Program-made: the position numbers and the translations under genes
Shown here: piece by piece, positions 37,910-46,482 of the stretch
Layout: each line of letters opens with the position of its first letter
Numbering within the stretch: the first letter of the stretch is position 1
DNA from: Patescibacteria group bacterium
GTDB lineage: Bacteria > Patescibacteriota > WWE3 > UBA101185 > UBA10185
NCBI GenBank assembly: GCA_049322215.1
Contig: JBMORU010000001.1
Coordinates: 194,327 to 258,326, forward strand
Reading direction: 5' to 3'
DNA length: 64,000 bases
Notes under the pieces: generated by a model
Told to the model about the DNA's origin: nothing
The model's input: only the letters and a program-made list of their open reading frames with translations
Database searches by the model: none

Positions 37910-38333
37910 AAAAACTTTAATTACACTTGTTTTAACACTAACATTATTTGCAAATTTTAGTGGAGTTGCCTATGCACAAGATTGTGACATTGGTGATGAA
38001 CCTACCCCTGTACAAATTGTTTGCCCTTTGCAAAAAACTTTAGTAGTTATTTACTACAGCTCAGGAGCGTTTTTTTTAATAATGGTTTTTGTTACTTCTT
38101 ATAAATTCTCAACATCACAGGGTGATCCAAAGGCAATGCAGGCAGCAAAACAGTCTTTAACATATACAGTACTTGGATTTGTTTTAACTATAACTACTTT
38201 TGCAATAACGTTTTTTATAGGAAGACAATTTGACTCGCCTTCACTAGCCGATCCAAATAGTCCTTTTACAAGCTTAACTACAGGAATATGTAATATATTG
38301 CAGTTTGCTAATATAAGCGCTCCGGGCTGCTAA
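37890..38333 (+). CDS. VirB2/TrbC-like pilin candidate (paralog 4 of 4)
   Basis: Signal peptide ending AYAQ; STSQGDPKAMQAA core; C-terminal Cys-containing extension. Confidence 0.45.
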   Translation: MMYQTFKKTLITLVLTLTLFANFSGVAYAQDCDIGDEPTPVQIVCPLQKTLVVIYYSSGAFFLIMVFVTSYKFSTSQGDPKAMQAAKQSLTYTVLGFVLTITTFAITFFIGRQFDSPSLADPNSPFTSLTTGICNILQFANISAPGC

Positions 38334-38349
38334 ACTTCTCAAGTAATAA

Positions 38350-38883
38350 CTAATAGGCTTCTAAAAATTCTCCGGGAGCAGGAGGAGTTGATATCCATAC
38401 GTAACGCACAGGCTCAACAAGCTTTTCTCCATTTGCACCTGTTAGTTCAACAGTAATTACGTACCTGGTATTTGGTTCCCATGGTTTACGTGGAAAAACT
38501 CTAACCTTAGAAGGATCTTCCTCAACAAGTACTTGAGCACCTAATTGAATATCAGGAGTTACAAAAATTTTTACAGAATCTTCTTTCACTGGAGCTGAAA
38601 ATGTCATGTGAATTATTTGAAATTCGTTATAAAAGTATTTATCTAAGTCATTTGCAGGAGGATCTACTTCTAATAAAAAGATTTCACCAACTTCTCCTGG
38701 CTGGGGTTTATCATCAATACCGGGAATACCTCCTGGTGTATCAGGTACCACAACCGGGTTTTGAGGAGTACGTGGCGCTGACGTGGGACGCAGAAAATAA
38801 TAAAGTATTACAAAACCTATTATTAAAACAAGAATTACAACTGCAGCTTTGTACTTTTTTAAACGCTCAATAAAGTTTTTCAT
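38350..38883 (-). CDS. hypothetical membrane-anchored protein with Pro-rich stalk (T4SS-locus associated)
   Basis: N-terminal TM AAVVILVLIIGFVILYYF, Pro-rich linker, about 100-aa C-terminal domain. Confidence 0.4.
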   Translation of the reverse strand: MKNFIERLKKYKAAVVILVLIIGFVILYYFLRPTSAPRTPQNPVVVPDTPGGIPGIDDKPQPGEVGEIFLLEVDPPANDLDKYFYNEFQIIHMTFSAPVKEDSVKIFVTPDIQLGAQVLVEEDPSKVRVFPRKPWEPNTRYVITVELTGANGEKLVEPVRYVWISTPPAPGEFLEAY

Positions 38884-38907
38884 ATTTTAATTATACATAA
38901 ATTTAAA

Positions 38908-41900
38908 TTAATCTTCTGGCCACCAAGAAGGTGCTCCTGGAGGCGTACCAGAACATAATCCTGAAGTTTCAGGTCTTACGGTACTACCACCTGCATCTTG
39001 AGCTTCTATATGAACGTGAGTATTGTTACCCCAGTTAAAAGTAGAGGAAAATGCTTCGCCAGGTAAATAGTCACCACCTTGAGCATTACCTAAATGCTGA
39101 ATTTTAATGGTCAGCCTTGGAGTACCATCTTGTGCAAACCCTTGCGCAGTAACAGCTTGTCCCAATGACAAACTGTAAGGCTCAGATACTGTCCAATAAG
39201 AAACATCCCCTGCAGAGGGTAAACAAACAGTTGAATCCTCTTGATAATCAACAGGGAATACATCCCATGCAAAACCAAATTCATTGCCTTGAGGTACAGT
39301 GCCATTATTGTAACAATAGTTATCTTGTGGAAAAGTACCTCCTCCGGTATCAGCATTTAAATTTGGTGCTCTTAAAGCAACACCAAGCGAAGGAATATAA
39401 GAATTACACAAAGTAATTGGTACTGCATCCCAATAAGTATTTGATCCATGACCACCTCCTGGATGTACAGCAGTGTCATTTCCTCGGTAAGAACCCACTG
39501 TAAAACCGTCTACATCTTTAAAAAAACAAAAGTTTTCGCAATATAGTTCTCCATAATTAACATCCCCCACAGGACCCCCTTCAACTTCTACATCACAGCC
39601 ACCGCCACAACCACCCACTTTTCTTGTAGGATCTATAGGAGAAATAGTAGTGAACATACCCATAATCACTATTATGGTTACTGCCATAACACCGGCCAAG
39701 GGCAAAGTACCTAAAGCTACCCATTTCATAAGTTTAATAAACATTGCTTCGGCACCACTTACTAATGAAGAAAAGTCTAAGTGAATTATTGCTTTACCTA
39801 CGGCTTCTAGAGCGTCAAGTATTTTTATAATCAAATACTGAATGGCAAGCTTTAAAGGAGTAGCAATACCCTCGGAAGCTACTAAAATAGCGTCGGTTAT
39901 TAATTCTGCAAGTATTTTCTTTAAATATTGTATTGGGGCTACAACTGCAGCTAGTTTTGTAAATGCTGCAGATTGTAAAACGTTAAGAGCTGAAGTTAAC
40001 TTTTGTAATGCACCACCATATTCCTCTGTAATTTTTAGTAAATTAATTTTGGAATTTCGCAAACTCAACTTTTGAATCAATTCATATAAAGCTGATTCGC
40101 TTAGCTGAATACCTTGTTTATCTAAAAAGGCACGAAGTTTTTGTATTTTGTCATACAATTCTTCAACTTTAACAGGAACAACTAGCTTCATGTCTTTAAG
40201 CATTTCGGCTAATTCTTCTACACTTTTAGCACCAAAAAGGCGTTGTAGGTTTTCTATTCCACCTTTTTCTCCTAATTTCAAAACTTCGTTTAGTAAATCT
40301 ATATCTTCAAAGTGTTTTCCTCCCTGAAGGGTTAAAGTTGTAACAACACCGTTTATAGTTACATCAACTTTTAGCTTATTTGAAAAAACACCAAGCTTCA
40401 TTAACTGTTGGAACGGAGCATACGCTAAGTCTTTATAATCTGAGTCATAAACTAAGCCGAAGCCATGTGTTCTCTTTATTAAGTATTCTTCAATTAACTT
40501 AGCTGGAGTAATTGGAAAGCGAATTTTAACCTTCATCCAAACTAAGTTGTTAAGAAATATTCCACTGCTTAGTTGTGACGAAATATCGCGGGCGGTTTCT
40601 CTTAAACGCATTACTTGAGCAATATCCATCCATGATGCAATTTTTGCACCACCTTCAATACCAAAAGAATTCAATATTTCTATAACGTAAGGAGCATCAG
40701 GCATTTTACTGCCCTTTAATAAACGCTCTTCCATTAAATATTTCAAAAAGGTGCGCTCTACACCATCACCAAAAAGAGATCCTTTACCTACAACGTCTGC
40801 AACTAAAGACCCACCTGAAAATCTATCTTTAAATACTTCTATTCTCGTAGCTAAAGTACGCAATGCAGCACCATCCCCTGCCATAGCAGCTTCTACTAAA
40901 GGGGTAAACCCTGTGTCGGTACGTTCATCAAAAATTGCTTTTCTAAAGTCATCAACAAAGTTATGTAAAGGTTTGACTGAATTTTCAAAAACCTCAACCA
41001 TTTCAGTCATGCCGCTTATAGTATCTTGCGCATAAGCACCACTTAAAGACGTAGCAAGCCCTTGTGCACTGGTTAGTTGTTTATCTAAAAGCTTCAATGC
41101 TGAATCTAAAGACGCTTCATTACCTTCACGTAAGGCTTTAGACACAGCCTTGTTAGCATTATTTATAGTTTTTCCAATACCACCTAAAGTAGTTGCTAGC
41201 TCAAACTCATCAATTGCAGTATTAATTGTGGTAGATATTTGAGCTAAATCCTCAGCACTATTTAATAAAGGATTGCTACCTAATAATGAGTCAGATAATA
41301 CCTTAACTTTCTTTCCATCAATTGTTCTTTCTACAAAATGGGTATTTTTAATCTCTTCTAAATGAGCCTTGTATATGTCAGCACCTTTTTGTGCAACCCC
41401 TATATAACTGGAATCTCTTGCTGTAGGACTTCTTTTATCGTTAACGAATTTACCAAAAGCAGTAGTAAATTCTTCGTACATATTTATATTTTTATCTACT
41501 TCTGCTACCGAAGAAGCCTGACCTTTCACATACCCTGAATAATCATAAAGTTTTTCTACACGATTAACTGTTTCATCGGCTAAAGATAAATCTTTACCCA
41601 TACGTTGTTGTAACAAGTCTTTTGCAGTATCAAAGCCGAAACCAAGCTTACCTTTACCATTCATCATGGCAACAAACATGTCTCTTTCAGCACGCAAATC
41701 CATGTCGGAATAACTGAAAAACTCAGTGCCCATACTTTTAACAAAGCTAGAAACACCTTTTTGAGGTTGAGTTACCATTTTATGTAAATCAACCTTTAAC
41801 GAAGTTACACCGGCAAGTTCTTCTTCATCTCCCGAAGCTTGAACATCGACCATGTCAAATTTTCTTGGGGCTCCGGTTACACGCAAAGATCTTTTAGCAT

Positions 41901-42111
41901 CGGCAACCATGTTGTTATATACAAATGTAATTGGAGTAGCAGGTAACTTATAAGCTTCTGAAATTTTATCAAAGGCTGCATCAATATCAGCATCTAAATC
42001 TTCGTAGATGCTGAAGTCACTTTCATAAGGTCTTGAATAGAATCTACCTTGTGCAGGTATCTTTCTATCGCCCGGATAGTATCCGATATTAAACGGGTTA
42101 CCACTTGCCAT
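38908..42111 (-). CDS. large (1067 aa) membrane protein with C-terminal extracytoplasmic M23-like peptidase domain (putative T4SS-associated cell-wall hydrolase)
   Basis: About 800-aa cytoplasmic helical region, TM block at about aa 790-830, then Cys/Gly-rich domain with AVHPGGGHGS and THVHIEAQDAGG, resembling the M23/LytM H-x(n)-D and HxH zinc motifs. Confidence 0.45.
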   Translation of the reverse strand: MASGNPFNIGYYPGDRKIPAQGRFYSRPYESDFSIYEDLDADIDAAFDKISEAYKLPATPITFVYNNMVADAKRSLRVTGAPRKFDMVDVQASGDEEELAGVTSLKVDLHKMVTQPQKGVSSFVKSMGTEFFSYSDMDLRAERDMFVAMMNGKGKLGFGFDTAKDLLQQRMGKDLSLADETVNRVEKLYDYSGYVKGQASSVAEVDKNINMYEEFTTAFGKFVNDKRSPTARDSSYIGVAQKGADIYKAHLEEIKNTHFVERTIDGKKVKVLSDSLLGSNPLLNSAEDLAQISTTINTAIDEFELATTLGGIGKTINNANKAVSKALREGNEASLDSALKLLDKQLTSAQGLATSLSGAYAQDTISGMTEMVEVFENSVKPLHNFVDDFRKAIFDERTDTGFTPLVEAAMAGDGAALRTLATRIEVFKDRFSGGSLVADVVGKGSLFGDGVERTFLKYLMEERLLKGSKMPDAPYVIEILNSFGIEGGAKIASWMDIAQVMRLRETARDISSQLSSGIFLNNLVWMKVKIRFPITPAKLIEEYLIKRTHGFGLVYDSDYKDLAYAPFQQLMKLGVFSNKLKVDVTINGVVTTLTLQGGKHFEDIDLLNEVLKLGEKGGIENLQRLFGAKSVEELAEMLKDMKLVVPVKVEELYDKIQKLRAFLDKQGIQLSESALYELIQKLSLRNSKINLLKITEEYGGALQKLTSALNVLQSAAFTKLAAVVAPIQYLKKILAELITDAILVASEGIATPLKLAIQYLIIKILDALEAVGKAIIHLDFSSLVSGAEAMFIKLMKWVALGTLPLAGVMAVTIIVIMGMFTTISPIDPTRKVGGCGGGCDVEVEGGPVGDVNYGELYCENFCFFKDVDGFTVGSYRGNDTAVHPGGGHGSNTYWDAVPITLCNSYIPSLGVALRAPNLNADTGGGTFPQDNYCYNNGTVPQGNEFGFAWDVFPVDYQEDSTVCLPSAGDVSYWTVSEPYSLSLGQAVTAQGFAQDGTPRLTIKIQHLGNAQGGDYLPGEAFSSTFNWGNNTHVHIEAQDAGGSTVRPETSGLCSGTPPGAPSWWPED

Positions 42112-42227
42112 ACATAATATTCTATATATAAAAAAGAAGATTTCAAAGACATGAAAAATTCAAAGTAATAATTTCAATTTTGCAAAGGTGTTGAATTTGA
42201 TAAAAATTTGTGAAAAAATTGCTGTAG

Positions 42228-43610
42228 ATGACAAAGAGACTCTTAACCACAACATTTATAACATTACTAATAACAGGTGTTTTCGTTCTTGTGCCTAGAA
42301 ATGTTTTTGCGCAAGATTCTTGTAATATTGGAGAGGTTAATGGATGTACATTTACACCCGCTCCAGATGGAAATGCAGAAAAATGTTTATTCGAAGGTGA
42401 AAGAGCAAACCATCCCCTTTTAGACATTAGAAGAACAATGAAAAATTCTATAGTTTCTTTACTTGTAGACACTGGTACAAGTGTTGCAACAGGTAGAAGT
42501 TTAAATCAAATCATTGATTGTATTGGACAGGAATATGCAAACATTTGTAATGCAGGTTCTGATCAAGATTATTGGAATGCCGTTGGTGAACAATGTGGTT
42601 TTTCAGTCATCCCTGGTTCTAATGCTGCAGCCAGAGCACGCGGTAGTTTGGCAGGTATTACTTACACAGTAGGTAGTGCTATGAGTGCAGATCATCCTAT
42701 TCCCACAAACTTAGCTCATTATTTTAGATATCAAGTAAGAAACGTACCTGTATTGGGCGATAGAGTTTACGCTCAAGTAGATTACAATATTTTAGGAGCA
42801 GACTTTATACTACAGTTATGGCAAGTGTTTAGAAACGTCGCTTACGGAATATTAGCAATAGTAATGATAGTAATAGGTGTAATGATTATGGTACGCAAAA
42901 AAATCAGCCCTCAGGTAATTGTAACCGTACAAAACGCCTTACCAAGAGTAGTGCTAGGTGTATTGCTTATTACATTTAGTTACCCAATAGGTGCTACAGG
43001 AGCTGCTTTAATTTGGCCATTAAGAACCGTAGTAGACGGGATAATGAATGATCTTGGAGCAGGCTTTGCAGTTTCCGAAGCAGGATTTGGTGCAATTGTA
43101 ATGTTAATAATCACAGCTGTAATAGCAGGTATGTTTTTTGGAGGCCCTATAGGAGTAATGGCAATTGGGCTATCTGCTGTATCTTTGACAATAATGGTAA
43201 TGTTAATATGGATAATAATTCTATTAATTGCCTTAATGAAAACAATAACCGTGTACGTAAGAATATTAATGATGATAGTGTTTGCTCCCGTTCAATTTGC
43301 AATAGGTACTGTGCCGGGCAATGAGAAAATGATTAAGGATTGGTTTAAGTTATTAGCTGCAAGAATAGTAGCCATACCCGCAATGTATTTTATGATTTCA
43401 TTAGCAGGATTCATAATTAATCAATCACTAAACGCAGGTTTTGATCCAGCAGCATCTCCAGCAGGAAGTGAGTTACTAGCTTGGTTAGAAGCATCAGGAC
43501 AAACAGCAGTTATAATGTTATTCGTTCCATTCTTGTCCATTTACTTACTAATAACAGCCGTAGGTATGCCTAAGAAAATAGAAAAGTTATTCATGGGCAT
43601 CAAGAGATAA
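42228..43610 (+). CDS. VirB6/TrbL-like polytopic membrane protein
   Basis: Signal peptide, about 180-aa extracytoplasmic N-domain, then 5-6 TM helices rich in Gly/Ile/Met; position in locus consistent with VirB6. Confidence 0.4.
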   Translation: MTKRLLTTTFITLLITGVFVLVPRNVFAQDSCNIGEVNGCTFTPAPDGNAEKCLFEGERANHPLLDIRRTMKNSIVSLLVDTGTSVATGRSLNQIIDCIGQEYANICNAGSDQDYWNAVGEQCGFSVIPGSNAAARARGSLAGITYTVGSAMSADHPIPTNLAHYFRYQVRNVPVLGDRVYAQVDYNILGADFILQLWQVFRNVAYGILAIVMIVIGVMIMVRKKISPQVIVTVQNALPRVVLGVLLITFSYPIGATGAALIWPLRTVVDGIMNDLGAGFAVSEAGFGAIVMLIITAVIAGMFFGGPIGVMAIGLSAVSLTIMVMLIWIIILLIALMKTITVYVRILMMIVFAPVQFAIGTVPGNEKMIKDWFKLLAARIVAIPAMYFMISLAGFIINQSLNAGFDPAASPAGSELLAWLEASGQTAVIMLFVPFLSIYLLITAVGMPKKIEKLFMGIKR

Positions 43611-43679
43611 ACTCAAGGCAAAACCCCTTTAATTGGAAATCTCAATAAGTATAATGTATAGTAGCTAGTTATTTGATCT

Positions 43680-45776
43680 ATGGCTTTAAAAGACACACAA
43701 AAAGTAAATAAACAGCACGCAGTACCACAAAATATAATGGATGTGGAATTTAAAATAATTGGTGAATTAACTATGCGCCAATTTTTTTACCTTCTTATTT
43801 TTGGGGGAATTGGATATGGAGCATTTACACTTATCAGTAATTCTTTAATTAAATGGCCAATAATTTTGGCTTCAGCAGCATGTGGTTTACTGTTAGCATT
43901 TGTACCAGTGCAAGAACGAAGCATAGACGAATGGGTGGTTAACTTCTTAAGGGCTATATACAGAACCAATCAAATGATTTGGCGAAAAGATCCTACAATT
44001 CCAACCGCCTTCCTATACCAAAGTCTGGATGTAGTAAGACAGGAATTAATTACATTAGCACCTACTTCTAGTAGAAGAAAATTAGAAGAGTATCTGCAAT
44101 TTAAAGATGAACCCAAAGTTAGTGACGATCTTGATATTCCAGAAATTGATTTTATACAAAAAGTACATCAGGCATTTGCATACGATGCTAAACAAACAAA
44201 GAAAGCACAAAGTAGCATTAAAACAACACAATTTAACACACAAGTCACACAGCAAGTACAGGCACCGCCTCAGATAACTACTACGACACAACAACCAATA
44301 GCTATGCCAAAGCAACAAGTGACACCACCTGCCGAAATACCTAATCAATCAGCACCAAAAATTAACCCACATCCTACAATTGTACAGGAGTCTCCTGTAA
44401 CACCATCTAAAAAAGAAACTATATCTCCTATAGAAGTACAACCTGACACTTCATCTAAAAATGACACCGAAAATAAGCAAAATACTAGAGATATGCTTAA
44501 TAAGACCGAGCAACAACCACAAGCACGTACTGTAATCAAGCCTCCAGAATTGCCAAAAAGAGAGACGAAAAATCAAGAACTAAGTAAACCAACTCCTCCG
44601 CAGTTTAATATAGCCAAAAAGCCAGAACCAGAATTACAGCAACAACCTCAATTTAAGCCAGAGCTACCAAAATTTGAAGTATCAAAAGAAACAAATGAGC
44701 CTTCAACACCAAAGGTAGCTACAGAAAAGGAGGAAACACAAGACACTATTAACAGAGTCACACCAGCACCAGCACCAGCACCAGCACCAGCACCAGCACC
44801 AGCACGGCAAGAGGCACCTCCCCAACCTCCAGAGCTAGAGTTGCCAGACATTGAAACGGGACAGGATTTAACACTTGTGCCTATTACTCCCAACAGGCAT
44901 ACTGGAAGAAGATTCACTAGCTTATTACCAACTCAAGGTGAGATATTATTACCCATACGCGGAGAAAGAGTTTTAAAAACCACAGAAGAAGCTAATATAG
45001 AAAATGAAATAGCTGAAAAAGCTAAGCAACTAAGACTAATGATTGAACAAATAAAACAAGACGAAAAATTCAGATCTACTATAACTAAATTTCAAACTGC
45101 TAAGCCTTTGCAGGAAGATGGTTATAAACTACCAAAGATAGAAACAGCAGAACACGAAGCACAGCTAAATAAAGAAGCAAAAGAAGTTATAGAAACAGTA
45201 GAAGAAGAAAATACAAGATTAACAAAAGAAATAGAACAATTAAAAACAGATTTGGAAACCACAAATAAACCACAAGAAGCGCAAGAAAAGAAAGAAGAAT
45301 TAACCAAGTTAGAACAAGAAAAAGCCGAGGTATTAAAAAACTACGAAGCATTAAAGCAAAAAGTACAAGAACTAGAAGAAAAACTAGAAAAAAAACAAGG
45401 CGAACTGCCTAAAATAATAGTTCAAAAAGTTTACGATAACGGAGGCACCGACACACAACCAACAACTAACCCTACAATAGCTCAAATACAACCACTAACA
45501 AATGCGCCTAACATTATATCTGGCGTAGTAAAAAGCACCAATGGTGAAACATTAAGTGGAGTTGTAGTAATAATAAAAAACCAAAAAAATGAACCAGCAA
45601 GGGCGCTAAAAACAAATGCATTAGGACAATTTTCGATAACTACACCTTTATCTAATGGTACCTATATTATTGAAGTAGACAAGTTTAATAAAACTAATTT
45701 AAGCTTTGATATAATAAGCATTGAAGCTAAAGGAGAGGTTCTTCCACCTTTGGAATTTGTAGGAAAACCAGTTTAG
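43680..45776 (+). CDS. VirB3-like membrane module fused to a long Pro/Gln/Glu-rich linker, coiled coil and C-terminal CarboxypepD_reg-like beta-sandwich domain
   Basis: N-terminal about 100 aa with two TM helices (FFYLLIFGGIGYGAFTLI; WPIILASAACGLLLAFV), like VirB3/PrgI; (PA)8 repeat; EQLKTDLE... coiled coil; C-terminal ISGVVKSTNGETLSGVVVIIKN. Confidence 0.4.
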   Translation: MALKDTQKVNKQHAVPQNIMDVEFKIIGELTMRQFFYLLIFGGIGYGAFTLISNSLIKWPIILASAACGLLLAFVPVQERSIDEWVVNFLRAIYRTNQMIWRKDPTIPTAFLYQSLDVVRQELITLAPTSSRRKLEEYLQFKDEPKVSDDLDIPEIDFIQKVHQAFAYDAKQTKKAQSSIKTTQFNTQVTQQVQAPPQITTTTQQPIAMPKQQVTPPAEIPNQSAPKINPHPTIVQESPVTPSKKETISPIEVQPDTSSKNDTENKQNTRDMLNKTEQQPQARTVIKPPELPKRETKNQELSKPTPPQFNIAKKPEPELQQQPQFKPELPKFEVSKETNEPSTPKVATEKEETQDTINRVTPAPAPAPAPAPAPARQEAPPQPPELELPDIETGQDLTLVPITPNRHTGRRFTSLLPTQGEILLPIRGERVLKTTEEANIENEIAEKAKQLRLMIEQIKQDEKFRSTITKFQTAKPLQEDGYKLPKIETAEHEAQLNKEAKEVIETVEEENTRLTKEIEQLKTDLETTNKPQEAQEKKEELTKLEQEKAEVLKNYEALKQKVQELEEKLEKKQGELPKIIVQKVYDNGGTDTQPTTNPTIAQIQPLTNAPNIISGVVKSTNGETLSGVVVIIKNQKNEPARALKTNALGQFSITTPLSNGTYIIEVDKFNKTNLSFDIISIEAKGEVLPPLEFVGKPV
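44759..44806 (+). repeat. hexanucleotide microsatellite (CACCAG/CCAGCA) x about 7.5 encoding (Pro-Ala)8
   Basis: caccagcaccagcaccagcaccagcaccagcaccagcaccag read directly in the sequence. Confidence 0.85.
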
Positions 45777-45777
45777 T

Positions 45778-46482
45778 ATGGCAGCACAAAGTGTAAAAGC
45801 AACAACTCAAGATCATTTAGACATAGAAGATATTAAAGATAACTTCGTTGTGTTGAAAAATGGAACAGTATGTTCTGTATTGCAAACTACAGCAGTAAAT
45901 TTTGATCTTCTATCTGAAATCGAGCAAGATGCTATTATTGCAGCATTTTCTATGTTATTAAACTCAATAACATTTCCTGTTCAGGTTGTTATTAGATCAA
46001 AAAAACTGGATATAACAAAATATATAGAAAAAGTCATAAAGGTAGAAAATAAACTTACAGATCCGCTAATTAAAAGACAGGCAGAATCTTACAGAAAATT
46101 TGTACAAGAAATTATTCAAAAAAATGAGGTTTTAGATAAACAATTTTATGTTGCAGTACCCGCAGGTGACAACATGATTACAGAAGTAGGATCTAATCCG
46201 TTCGACTTTTTAACCAAGTTGTTTGGAGCTCAATCAAAAAGAGTCAATGTTAATGTAGATGCAGCAATAAGTGGCGCACAGGCAAAATTAATGCCAAAAG
46301 TAGATCACATAGTTAATGAGTTTAATAGAATTGGAGTAAAAACTAGGCAATTAACTACACACGAACTGGTAGAATTATATTTCGATATATATAATCCAGC
46401 ATCTGTGCACGGGCAGAAAATAAGAACAGATATAGAAGATTATAAAACAGCTATAGTAGAACCAGCTATATTTGCAGAATAA
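45778..46482 (+). CDS. hypothetical protein resembling a VirB4 N-terminal domain
   Basis: DHLDIEDIKDNFVVLKNGTVCSVLQTTAVNFDLLSEIEQDAIIAAFSMLLNSITFPVQVVI follows the layout that opens VirB4/TraE N-domains; starts 1 nt after the upstream stop. Confidence 0.4.
   Translation: MAAQSVKATTQDHLDIEDIKDNFVVLKNGTVCSVLQTTAVNFDLLSEIEQDAIIAAFSMLLNSITFPVQVVIRSKKLDITKYIEKVIKVENKLTDPLIKRQAESYRKFVQEIIQKNEVLDKQFYVAVPAGDNMITEVGSNPFDFLTKLFGAQSKRVNVNVDAAISGAQAKLMPKVDHIVNEFNRIGVKTRQLTTHELVELYFDIYNPASVHGQKIRTDIEDYKTAIVEPAIFAE

Noticed and set aside
42143-42472. 109-aa minus-strand ORF
   Set aside because: Overlaps the start and signal peptide region of the VirB6-like gene; no independent support.
44082-45307. Minus-strand ORFs inside the 43680..45776 gene, including one translating poly-(GA) from the PA microsatellite
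   Set aside because: Antisense artefacts of low-complexity coding sequence. The hexanucleotide repeat is a coding microsatellite, not a CRISPR array (no spacers, unit 6 nt).
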